Shown here: positions 1 through 9,123 of the stretch, piece after piece
Layout: every line of letters starts with the position of its first letter
Position numbering within the stretch: the first letter of the stretch is position 1
NCBI GenBank assembly: GCA_963755125.1
Contig: CAVWIP010000017.1
Location: 32,001 to 96,000 of the forward strand
Length of the DNA: 64,000 bases
From: an uncultured delta proteobacterium
Lineage (GTDB): Bacteria > Myxococcota_A > Polyangia > Fen-1088
Reading direction: 5' to 3'
Translations under genes and position numbers: made by a program
Notes under the pieces: model-generated
What the model was told of the DNA's origin: nothing
The model's database searches: none
The model's input: only the letters and a program-made list of their open reading frames with translations

Positions 1-517
1 GTCGATCTAAGTCAAGCGTCAGGACCTGGGTGCTTTCCAGGCCGAAGCTCGACAGGGGCATCTCGCCCGTGAGATGCATCGCGATGAGATTGTCATTGGG
101 CCGCTTGTTGGGCGTGGTCTGCCAGTACCGGCGATGCCGGCGCTTGGATTTTCCGCGCATAGACTCGGGCGACTGGAGAGCCCGGTATCCGGTGGAACCT
201 TCAAGAAAGAGTCGGCGTATATCCGCAATGGCTGTCTGCTGCGCCCAGCCCCGGGGAAAACCCACAGCTTCAAATCGTAGGTGGACCTTTTCCAGCCAGT
301 CCACCTCTGCGTCCGGGTCCAGGCCGTGGTCCTGAAGAATCTTGGCAAGCAAGATCTGAGCAGGCGTGCGTCCCATGAACTGTTGGGCGAATGGCCTGAC
401 CAAGTCCACAAGGCTGCGACTGACCAGCGGGTTGCCGCCGGTGGCGATTTCCACCGCGCGCGCGATGGCCGTGATGTTCTTGGCAAGCGGTGACTCGGGC
501 GGAATGTAGAGCGGGTC
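1..517 (-). CDS. Open frame running off the left edge; possible primase-polymerase (AEP-like) fragment, 5' end unclear
   Basis: Not in the ORF track because it has no stop in the window. Manual translation is stop-free: ADPLYIPPESPLAKNITAIARAVEIATGG...DNLIAMHLTGEMPLSSFGLESTQVLTLDLDR. HLxG...DxD resembles AEP-type primase motif I (weak). Confidence 0.4.
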
Positions 518-827
518 CGCAGCTGCGCTCAGGTCAAACGATCCGGTCCAGATTGAGCTTGAAGCTAGATTCAAGGCGCGGCGTATCGTGTACGAACGCC
601 AGGAAGGCGCGTTCGACAATCTTTGGAGAACGAACCCGCAGGCGCTTGAGGACGAGTACGAGAACACTCGCGGGGCCTGGGTGGACATCTCTGAACTTGC
701 CCGGGCCATCGCAGCTGCCGCAGGTGAGGTCAGGATGGCACTGTACGGTAACGATATCTTTGAGAGTGACGCTGCCTACGAACGATGTTTTGACGATGGA
801 GTTGACCCGATTTGGTGGACGGTTTCG

Positions 828-1712
828 TTACGCAGCTTTCTTACCAGCTTTCTTCACTGAGTGCATCAGCTCAAATTCGATTGGGCTGTTGTAATTGAGC
901 GCCGAATGACGGCGGCAAGGATTGTAGAAGCCTTCGATGTACTCGCCAATCGAGAGGTTAGCTGCCTCCCAGCTTTCGAGATCGTCGATGTCTTCCAACT
1001 CGCGCTTGAGGGTCGCGAAGAAACTCTCGGCCACGGCATTATCCCAGCAGTCTCCCTTCCGGCTCATGCTGCATTCTATGCTTCCGGCTTCCAAGGCTTT
1101 GCGGTAGTCGTCGCTCGCGTACGTGCTGCCTCGATCTGAGTGGTGAACCAGGCCGCTGCCGGGCTGGCGTTGGCACAAGGCCATGGCCAGTGCCGCGAGC
1201 GCGAGGTGGCGATCGACATTCCGACTGGTCGCCCAGCCGACAACCCGCCTGGAAAACAGGTCGAGAATCACCGCGAGGTACAGCCAGCCTTGCTGCGTCC
1301 ACAGAAACGTGATGTCAGTGACCCACGACTGGTTTGGACGAAGCGCGGTGAAGTTGCGCTCCAGCACATTCGGCGCGATGGGGAAGCTGTGCTTCGAGTC
1401 GGTGGTCGTGCGAAAACGATGACGACAGCGCGCCACCAGCTTGTTTTCGCGCATCAGCCTGGCCACCCGCTTGCAACCCACCCGATCCCCGGAAGCTTTG
1501 AGGTCGGCATGAACACGGGGACTGCCGTATCGTCGCCGGCTCCCGTGATGAATCGCGGCTATCCGCTCGGACAGATCCTGGTCACGGCGTGCGTGCAACG
1601 AGGCGGGCCGTCCCTGGCTGGCGTAGTAGCCACTGGGCGAAACGGCCAAGACACGGCAGAGGACCGCGACGGGGAAGGCCACCTTCTCCTCGGAGATGAA
1701 CGCAAACCTCAC
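828..1712 (-). CDS. IS3 transposase OrfB (DDE/rve core)
   Basis: WVTDIT, HHSDRGSTY, SRKGDCWDNAVAESFF motifs. Confidence 0.97.
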   Translation of the reverse strand: MRFAFISEEKVAFPVAVLCRVLAVSPSGYYASQGRPASLHARRDQDLSERIAAIHHGSRRRYGSPRVHADLKASGDRVGCKRVARLMRENKLVARCRHRFRTTTDSKHSFPIAPNVLERNFTALRPNQSWVTDITFLWTQQGWLYLAVILDLFSRRVVGWATSRNVDRHLALAALAMALCQRQPGSGLVHHSDRGSTYASDDYRKALEAGSIECSMSRKGDCWDNAVAESFFATLKRELEDIDDLESWEAANLSIGEYIEGFYNPCRRHSALNYNSPIEFELMHSVKKAGKKAA

Positions 1713-2014
1713 GCGCTCTCCTTGGCGAAGAAGGTGGCCGCCCTTTTTAAAATCTCACGCTCCATGCGGAGGACTTTCACCTCGCGACGCAGATGCGAAA
1801 GTTCTTCCTTCTCGGCGGTCGTCAGGGCGCCAGCAGGGCCCTTGCCCTCGTCTACCCTCGACTGCCGATCCCACTGGTACACCAGGCTGCTTGCCACCCT
1901 GAAGTCCTTTGCTACCTGCGCGACGCTGCGTCCTGCACGGACGAGCGCCACCAAGTCTGCCTTGAACTCGCGCGTGTGCATGCGCCGGGATCGCTTCTTC
2001 TCTTTGTCCAACAT
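1709..2014 (-). CDS. IS3 transposase OrfA (HTH + leucine zipper)
   Basis: REFKADLVALV...EELSHLRREVKVLRMEREILKRAATFFAKE; overlaps orfB by GTGA. Confidence 0.95.
   Translation of the reverse strand: MLDKEKKRSRRMHTREFKADLVALVRAGRSVAQVAKDFRVASSLVYQWDRQSRVDEGKGPAGALTTAEKEELSHLRREVKVLRMEREILKRAATFFAKESA
1745..1751 (-). promoter_or_regulatory. Candidate -1 ribosomal frameshift slippery site T-TTA-AAA for the OrfAB fusion
   Basis: orfA reads ATT TTA AAA AGG; the -1 frame continues FKKGGHLLRQGER into the VRFAF start of orfB. Confidence 0.6.
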
Positions 2015-2730
2015 GTGGTCACCTTTCTACGCCCATTTTCCTGAGCGAGGGTGTCCACCAAACCGGGTCAAGTCCACGAGAAGAAGCGGTTGTCCTCGAT
2101 TGTCCTCCTCACGCTCCTCCAGAACCTTCATGATGTGATGGCCCTTGTCCTCAAGAAGGATCTCAACCTGGTTCCCAAAGAGGGCGCGCCCAAGCCCGCT
2201 CGGCTGATGTACCACGCCATATGCCTACTGACTCGCTATCTCGCGAAAGAGGACATGCGCGACTTCGTCGCGCTCTGGGGGGCACAGCTTCACTACAAGG
2301 ACAAGGACTTCCGGGAGGAGGTTCGCCGGATCCTGAACTCGACCAAGAGTGGGATTCGCGCCGAATTGTCTCGGCAATTCATGTCGCTTGAGTCTGGGAG
2401 CGCGGAGCAGCTCAACGAGGCTTTTGATCGATGCAAAGCCGCTTTGAAACTCAAGGACGGCATCGATCCCTTCGAGACCTTCAAGGACCTAGATGAACAG
2501 GTGCCGGTGTTAGGGGAAGCTGATGATTGACTGAGGGGATCCCCGCATTTGGGAGTAGCAAGTGTTGATATTGTTGGGTCAGGGACCGGCGCGGTGGTGT
2601 GCAGGAGGTTGATGTTCTTGCCACCATCCACCGAGGCCCGCTGTTTTTCCGACGGTCGCTTCCAGGTATACTACCCCGCGTGGTTGATTGAGTGCCCATG
2701 GTTCCTGTCTCACGTGCAATCGGAGGCACC

Positions 2731-3858
2731 ATGTTGAAGGGTGTGTGTTCTGTCTTCGTGAAGCTGGCCATGGTGTTCGTGTTGGTATTCACCATCGGTG
2801 CAACCGGGTGCAGCGGTGGTAGCGGTGGCAGAGGAACGGATGCCGGCGGCGATGCGACTGGTGCTGCGACGCTGGAAGGGGTCTTCGTGCCGACGGGCAG
2901 CCTGACCGTGGCTAGGTTCGGCCAGACGGCGACGCTGTTGGGCAACGGGATGGTGCTCATTGCTGGCGGGGCTGGTTCGAGCGCGGAGCTGTACAACCCA
3001 AACGCCAGAACGTTCACCCCCACCAGCAGTATGACAACGGCAAGACAGAGCCATACGGCGACGTTGTTGCCGAACGGGATGGTGCTCATCGCTGGCGGAG
3101 ATGAACTCGCCAGCACCGAGCTATACGACCCAAACGCCCAGACTTTCACCGCCACCGGCAACATGACCGTGGCGAGACAGGGGCACACAGCCACGCTGTT
3201 GCCGAACGGAATGGTCCTCATCGCTGGCGGAGACGAACTTGGCAGCACCGAGCTATACGACCCCAATGCCGGGACTTTCACCGCCGCCGGGAACATGGCC
3301 GAATCCATGCATACGGCAACGTTGTTGCCCGATGGGGAAGTGCTCATCGCCAGCAGCTACGCTGGCGGCGTGAATGCCGAGTTGTACGACCCAGTGGCCG
3401 GGACATTCACGGCCACAGGTAGCCTGTCGACGGCGAGGGAAGGCCACACGGCATGTTTGCTGCCTAACGGCAAAGTGCTCATCGCCGGCGGACGGAATTA
3501 CGATAACAGCGGCTCGCTGCAGTTCCTTGCGAGCGCGGAGCTATACGACCTGACAGTCGGGGCATTTGCGCCAACCGGCACGATGTCTGTACCAAGGCAG
3601 TACCACACGGCGACGTTGCTGACGAGCGGGAAGGTGCTCATCGCCGGCGGACTCAGTGACGGCGGGGATCTCGCAAGCGCGGAGCTATACGACCCAGAGG
3701 CTGGGGCATTTGGAGCAACCGGCAGCATGTCCGTAGCAGGGGCATGGCACACAGCGACGTTGTTGACGAGCGGGAAGGTGCTCATCGCCGGCGGCGGCTT
3801 TGCCGATTACGAGACTCTCTTGCTCACGCCCCTCGCAAGCGCGGAGCTGTACGAATAG
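2731..3858 (+). CDS. Kelch-repeat (galactose-oxidase-like beta-propeller) lipoprotein, paralog 1
   Basis: GGAGG RBS before ATG; lipobox-like GATGC; repeated R..HTATLL..G.VLIAGG...SAELYDP blades. Confidence 0.9.
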   Translation: MLKGVCSVFVKLAMVFVLVFTIGATGCSGGSGGRGTDAGGDATGAATLEGVFVPTGSLTVARFGQTATLLGNGMVLIAGGAGSSAELYNPNARTFTPTSSMTTARQSHTATLLPNGMVLIAGGDELASTELYDPNAQTFTATGNMTVARQGHTATLLPNGMVLIAGGDELGSTELYDPNAGTFTAAGNMAESMHTATLLPDGEVLIASSYAGGVNAELYDPVAGTFTATGSLSTAREGHTACLLPNGKVLIAGGRNYDNSGSLQFLASAELYDLTVGAFAPTGTMSVPRQYHTATLLTSGKVLIAGGLSDGGDLASAELYDPEAGAFGATGSMSVAGAWHTATLLTSGKVLIAGGGFADYETLLLTPLASAELYE

Positions 3859-3899
3859 CGGCGACAGTCGGTGCCAACGGAAGAGCTACAGCTACGTCA

Positions 3900-4040
3900 G
3901 GGAAGGACAATCGGGCACTCTTCGTTTGGTACCGAGTAAGCTACAGATACTGGGTCCCCTTTCCCCAAACGTACCCACGGTTATCCATGCACCGGGGGGG
4001 TATGTCAACGGCGGCGGGAAAAATGCGAGCTACTTGATCC
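3900..4040 (+). repeat. Non-coding repeat family A, copy 1
   Basis: GGACAATCGGGCA.TCTTCG.TTGGT...AGTAAGCTAC...GGGTCCCCTTT...ATCCATGCACCGGGGG...GAAAAAT; similar to 8085-8250 and 11550-11685. Confidence 0.75.
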
Positions 4041-4275
4041 AGAACACACGTGACGCATGATTTCCGGCCAAGTTGAACATAATTCGGTGCGCTGCAGATC
4101 GTGGTGTCGGTGGTCTGGCCATGTGAGCGGGAACACCTGGGACAGGTGGCAAGAGCAGCCTTCGATACAGCCGGGAATGGTAAGGGACCACATCACACAC
4201 ATCGTCGCCAGAGCTTGCGAGAAACGGCGTGCGGAGGGAAGCTAGGGCCGGATAAAAAGTTCGAAAGGGCTGAGG

Positions 4276-4797
4276 GTGATCCCCATTCACATAAGCGGTA
4301 CACAGCCCGAAGTTCATGCCTCGACGATTGCAGTCGTGCCCGAAGGGGCAACCACGCCGCGCAAGCTTACGGAGCCGCTGACAAACCCCAAGGGCAGCAT
4401 CGTGTTTCAGCCACGAGACTGCTATTTTCGCGCCTGTGATCCCTCTGATGCAAATGGTTGGGTCCTCTCGATATATGTCTTCCCCATTCGAAAGGTGCCG
4501 CCATGCCAATACGTGGATGGTGAATGCGTCTGTGATGTGGCGATCGATCACTTGAACGGACCGCTTGCTTGCGTCATGCGTCTCAAGGTGGTCAGGCTGC
4601 AGAACGAGAATGTCTTTCTTGGGCTGGCGATGAATCGGGCAGTCCTGTCATTTCCGAGCAGCTCCGGCTGGATGATTAATGGGCCGGGTGACTATACCGC
4701 TGCCAAGAAGGGCCATGTTCTGATGGCATGCTACCCTCGCAATTCCATTCCTGTCGTCGGCCGACCATCTCTCGATCGAAGCATAACCAAGGGGTGA
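4276..4797 (+). CDS. Hypothetical protein (possibly the 3' part of a longer gene)
   Basis: 173-aa ORF; same frame as 4057-4245, separated by a single TAG. Confidence 0.45.
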   Translation: MIPIHISGTQPEVHASTIAVVPEGATTPRKLTEPLTNPKGSIVFQPRDCYFRACDPSDANGWVLSIYVFPIRKVPPCQYVDGECVCDVAIDHLNGPLACVMRLKVVRLQNENVFLGLAMNRAVLSFPSSSGWMINGPGDYTAAKKGHVLMACYPRNSIPVVGRPSLDRSITKG

Positions 4798-4918
4798 ACC
4801 CATTGCAGCAGACGGGCTTGCCGCAGGGAAACCGGTGTAGAGTTGCACCGTTCCGAGCACGCCTTGGCCTCCCAACCTGTGGTGACCGGGTGGCACCTAC
4901 GAAACTCTGGAGCGCAGG

Positions 4919-6067
4919 ATGAACGAAGATGGCAGAATTCGACGACTACGGCCGGAGGCACTGCACTTTTTTGATGCGAATTTCCTCATTCTTCCAGCGG
5001 CTGACCTTCCCACGCTGAAGAATGTTCCACTCCAATCTCGTTGGATCACAGAAACCGTTCTCCAGGAGGTCCTGGAGCGGCTCGGCCCAGGAGCACAGGA
5101 GGCAGTCGACGCGGAATTTCATACACTGGGATTCCATGACCTGTATGCCAAGGACCCCCGAGTGTGCCCCGTGTTTTACTGGTATGTCCTCGCGATGTAC
5201 AATCCTGCCACTGTAGGCAGTGATAGTTTCGTCGATGACCTATTCGAGTCGATGCTAATCAAGAACACCGTGACGCAGGCGGATCGCGACCAGTATCAGG
5301 AGTTTCGCCGCCAAATAGCCAATAGTCAATCCCGCAATCCCAATGGCGACCCAGTTCTCCAGGGCCTTGAGCGCATGGCAGCACGAATGCGGAAGAAGGC
5401 AAGGCGCTCATTGCAAGACAAGCATCCGGCATATCTGCGCGACATCAAGAGTCTCGGCCTGATCCTGTACCACGCTCTGTCTTCAAGGCAAAATATCGTC
5501 TACCACACGTCCGATGGCGACCCGGTGATATTGCTTCTCAAGTGGCTCGATTCGATGGCCACGTGGACGACCCTGACCCACGCTGTGCTTTCCAGGTTGA
5601 CCGCCTTGGACAAACAGCTCATCTTGCGAGGTGGTTCAGTCGACGTTGTCCTTGATTTCGCGGAATTCGTCCGCGAGAAGTCTCGGCTATTCTTCGGTTT
5701 CCTCAATGACCGACACAAGACCAAAGCTTGCCGTTTCACGATCAAGCACTGGAATCAGGCGGAGCGGAAACTCGATGAGGACGTGTATGTGTGGTTCGAT
5801 GATCGGGTTGCCGCCGGCCTAGCGAACTCACACGGCACACTATCGTGCCCATGGACCATCAACGCTGAACTCGGCAACTGGCTTCAGATACACTACGATT
5901 GGCCTCCAGATGAGGCGCACCAAGGCCAACTATGCGTGCACGTCAAGCGGAAGCGAATCATTAACCGCACATCGACTTCTATCACGCCTTCGGAACATGA
6001 CCGGTTGTGCGCCTATCGGCAGGATGACGTAAACGGCAGGATTCACCACTGGTCGCAGTTCCTTTAG
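4919..6067 (+). CDS. Hypothetical protein with PIN-like N-terminal motifs
   Basis: 382-aa ORF; LHFFDANFLI and WITETVLQEV match the PIN beta1-Asp-x-Asn and VxxE pattern. Confidence 0.6.
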   Translation: MNEDGRIRRLRPEALHFFDANFLILPAADLPTLKNVPLQSRWITETVLQEVLERLGPGAQEAVDAEFHTLGFHDLYAKDPRVCPVFYWYVLAMYNPATVGSDSFVDDLFESMLIKNTVTQADRDQYQEFRRQIANSQSRNPNGDPVLQGLERMAARMRKKARRSLQDKHPAYLRDIKSLGLILYHALSSRQNIVYHTSDGDPVILLLKWLDSMATWTTLTHAVLSRLTALDKQLILRGGSVDVVLDFAEFVREKSRLFFGFLNDRHKTKACRFTIKHWNQAERKLDEDVYVWFDDRVAAGLANSHGTLSCPWTINAELGNWLQIHYDWPPDEAHQGQLCVHVKRKRIINRTSTSITPSEHDRLCAYRQDDVNGRIHHWSQFL

Positions 6068-6877
6068 GCTGGAGTGATTGGCTTGTGTGCGCGTGATGAG
6101 GCCGACCGCAAGAGAGAAGCGAAGTGGTGGTTCATGCGCCGGCTCCCTGGACAAGTGCTGCCTCGGGACTCCCGGTAGCACGAGTCGTCCATGATCGGCG
6201 GCGGAAAAACACAAGACAGCGAATCCCATATCCAGCAACTCCATGTCCCTGGTGCTGCAGATCTTGATCTCCACCACCCAGACCAACTGCCACCTCGTTT
6301 GTCGGGGATGGATGACGGCACATGCTCCTCCACGTTCTCTGCCGACAGCACCTGCTGAAGCATCATTTCGCGGCGGGGACAAAGATCAAGCGTGGCATCA
6401 GCCACTACGATCTTTGTGCTCGACCAATCTGCCGTTCGATCTGACCAGACCCGGCTCTTGATGACCTGAACATGGGTTCTGCTCTTGTAACGCAGCAAGC
6501 GACTGGCTCTTGTACGCGGGGAAGAGAAGATGAATAATTTCCAGCAGATACGGCTACCCCTCCCGCAGATTTCAGGTCTCGCCTTATATAAGATAAGGCG
6601 ACAGTCGGAAAGTGCGGGAGCCCTGTAGTCCCCTTCTCCCGCGTACAAAGCCAGACCACCTGGGTCCCGCCCTCTAAGTCCGACAAGAACGGCGGAGAGG
6701 GAGGAGGAATATGATCATGCGATGCCGTCACGGCCAGTTGATCCCAGGAGGGCGATGTTCCTGACCTGACCCCCATGGTCATCCACCTGTTTTCTCTCCG
6801 GCTGTTTCCAGATACACTACCCCAGGATGGGTGATAGAGCATCCAGGGTTCCTGTCTCACGTTCAATCGGAGGCACC

Positions 6878-8041
6878 ATGTTGAAGGGTGTGTATTCTGT
6901 GCTTGTGAAGTTGATCGTGGTGTCCGTGTTGGTATTCACCATCGGTGCAACCGGGTGCAGCGGTGGTAGCGGTGGCAGAGGAACGGATGCCGGCGGCGAT
7001 GCGACTGGTGCTGCGACGCTGGAAGGGGTCTTCGTGCCGACGGGCAGCCTGACCGTGGCGAGAGGGAGCCACACGGCGACGTTGCTACAGAATGGAACAG
7101 TTCTCATCGCCGGCGGAGCCTACGATTTTGAGGGCCTTCCGGAAGGTGAGATGAGCGCGGAGGTATACGACCCAGGGACAGGGACATTCACCGCCACTGG
7201 CAGCATGACCGTGGCAAGGTGGCAGCATACGGCAACCTTGTTGGGCAATGGGGAGGTGCTAATTGCCGGCGGACTTGGCGCTAGCCCAGATAGCGCGGAG
7301 CTGTACGACCCGAGCCTCGGCACGTTTACATCCGCGGGCCGGATGACCGTGGCAAGATATGGCCACACGGCGACGTTGATGGGGAACGGGGAGGTTCTGA
7401 TCAGCGGTGGACAGTCTGTTGCGGGTGGCAACTACCTCTCTAGCGCGGAGCTATATGATCCGGTGGCTGGGGTATTTACTCTGACGGGGGCGATGACCGT
7501 AGAACGGTATGGTCACACGGCTGCGCGGCTGACCGATGGCAAGGTGCTCATCGCGGGCGGGTACGATAACAGTGGAGCCCCCCTCGCCAGCGCAGAACTA
7601 TATGGCCCTAGCACTGGAGCATTTTCAATAACCGACAGCATGATTTCGGCGAGGGCGTACCAAACGGCTACGGTGTTGGGCAATGGGGATGTGCTTATCG
7701 CTGGCGGAACCGATGGAACCGACACCAATTGGAATGCCATCGCGAATGCGGAACTGTACAACCCGGCGGCCGGCACATTTACCACGACAGGCGGTCTAAC
7801 CGTAGCACGGGGCATGCACACAGCGACATCGTTGCTCCTGGGGACGGTACTCATCGCCGGCGGATACGACGGCACCAGTGGACTTGCGAGTGCTGAGCTA
7901 TATGACCCAGCGTTCGGGACATTCACGGTTACCGGCAATATGACTGTGGCAAGGACGGAGCACACGGCGACGTTGCTGGGTAACGGGAAGGTTCTCGTCG
8001 CAGGCGGAAGCGGCGATACCAGTGCGGAACTATACGAATAA
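6878..8041 (+). CDS. Kelch-repeat lipoprotein, paralog 2
   Basis: Same RBS, signal peptide and blade repeats as 2731-3858; 135 bp identical to paralog 1. Confidence 0.9.
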   Translation: MLKGVYSVLVKLIVVSVLVFTIGATGCSGGSGGRGTDAGGDATGAATLEGVFVPTGSLTVARGSHTATLLQNGTVLIAGGAYDFEGLPEGEMSAEVYDPGTGTFTATGSMTVARWQHTATLLGNGEVLIAGGLGASPDSAELYDPSLGTFTSAGRMTVARYGHTATLMGNGEVLISGGQSVAGGNYLSSAELYDPVAGVFTLTGAMTVERYGHTAARLTDGKVLIAGGYDNSGAPLASAELYGPSTGAFSITDSMISARAYQTATVLGNGDVLIAGGTDGTDTNWNAIANAELYNPAAGTFTTTGGLTVARGMHTATSLLLGTVLIAGGYDGTSGLASAELYDPAFGTFTVTGNMTVARTEHTATLLGNGKVLVAGGSGDTSAELYE

Positions 8042-8084
8042 ACCCCGACAGCCAGCGACAGCCGAAGAGTCATAGCCCCATTAG

Positions 8085-8250
8085 GGAGGGACAATCGGGC
8101 ATTCTTCGCTTGGTGCTCAGTAAGCTATCGAAACCGGGTCCCCTTTGATTCGCGCACCCACCATCATCCATGCACCGGGGGCTCCGATATGTCGGCGGCT
8201 GAAAAATTCCGGGGCAAAAATTCAAGCCGGCTATCCAGCTTGAACCTGGA
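8085..8250 (+). repeat. Non-coding repeat family A, copy 2
   Basis: AGTAAGCTATCGAAACCGGGTCCCCTTTGAT...GCACCGGGGG...GAAAAATTCCGGGGCAAAAATTCAAGCC...CCAGCTTGAACC. Confidence 0.8.
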
Positions 8251-8278
8251 GACACGAACGTCTCCATCTCCCCTTTGA

Positions 8279-8947
8279 TCAGTTTCGCACTCGCTGGCGG
8301 GAGACAGGAATCTCAAGCTGTGCTCGTTCTGCCAGTTCATGCCCCAGCCGACGGCAACGAGACCAGGCTCGCTCGGTTCTGATACCCAGCCGTCTTGCAA
8401 TGCTCTTCAACCTGTGACCAGCCATTTTCATGGACAGCAGAGTTTGATCATCCTCAGGCAAGCTGGCAATCCAGGCTTCCAGGTCGATGGCTGATACGAT
8501 CTTCCTGACCGGATTCGCAGCCAGAGATTCCGCCAGCCCCAGCAACCTGCACTCTTCTTTCTCCTGGAGAATTTGATCGAGCCTGAGAACCTCCACCTTG
8601 CCCTCGATGTAGTTGCGCAAGTCCATCACACAGCCTTTTCGAGCTTTGCCACCAGCGGGAACAATCTGACGGCTCAAATCCTCAGCACGAAGCCGGGCAG
8701 CAAGAACAAGAATAGCATCATCCGGAATCTCCCCCCTCTCTGCATGCCGACGGTACTGTTGATACACGAGAGCAAGTGCATCTTGGGTTCTGTCTTCCGC
8801 CATGTCGGCATGAAGCCGGCGGGTGATAGGCTTGAACATGCCACTGCGGATTTTCTGGTCAAAGCACGAACGGATTGTCTCGATATTCATGGTCAGGACC
8901 TCCGTAGGCGTGCACACACGGAGGGCCTTGTGGTCCACGTGGCGCAC
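8279..8947 (-). CDS. Sigma-70 region 4-like DNA-binding protein (island/phage-type sigma-like factor)
   Basis: AEDRTQDALA (region 2-like) and IASLPEDDQTLL...GHRLKSIARRLGI (region 4 HTH). Confidence 0.6.
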   Translation of the reverse strand: MRHVDHKALRVCTPTEVLTMNIETIRSCFDQKIRSGMFKPITRRLHADMAEDRTQDALALVYQQYRRHAERGEIPDDAILVLAARLRAEDLSRQIVPAGGKARKGCVMDLRNYIEGKVEVLRLDQILQEKEECRLLGLAESLAANPVRKIVSAIDLEAWIASLPEDDQTLLSMKMAGHRLKSIARRLGIRTERAWSRCRRLGHELAERAQLEIPVSRQRVRN

Positions 8948-9123
8948 AGTTGCGCCAGTGGGCGCGTGGGGTAACAGTGTCAGTCAGGCCAACACTGTGG
9001 ATTACGGTGCAAATGCACCGTTGAGGGCTGAAGAGCCGCTCCTCACTATACTTATACCCGAATTGCGGGTGGGATTTTCAGGGGGGATTGCTTTGGTCCA
9101 ACGCCAATCCCTCGGCACCAATT

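Larger units (their letters stand above)
797..2076 (-). mobile_element. IS3-family insertion sequence, copy 1 (1280 bp)
   Basis: Imperfect terminal IRs TGGAGTTGACCCGATTTGGTGGAC / GTCCACCAAACCGGGTCAAGTCCA with TG...CA ends; 3-bp target duplication CGA (794-796, 2077-2079); orfA and orfB inside. Confidence 0.97.
510..2530 (+). pseudogene. AIPR-family protein, C-terminal part only, interrupted by IS3
   Basis: Frame from 510 reads SAAALRSNDPVQIELEARFKARRIVYERQEG, typical of the AIPR C-terminal RSNDxxQ...YERxxG motif. Removing the IS and one CGA rejoins ...ERCFD-EKKRLSSIVLL...EADD* in frame. An in-frame TAG at 507-509 means the N-terminus is missing. Confidence 0.6.

Noticed and set aside
4795..4910. 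Integron attC site between cassette-like genes
   Set aside because: TGCAGCAGACGG resembles an attC arm, but I could not find complementary RYYYAAC/GTTRRRY boxes or an integron integrase.
6064..6800. Coding gene between the PIN-like gene and kelch paralog 2
   Set aside because: Several short overlapping ORFs with no recognisable motif or codon bias; cannot be supported.
2731..8041. Diversity-generating retroelement template/variable repeat in the kelch pair
   Set aside because: Differences are not adenine-specific and no reverse transcriptase is present.
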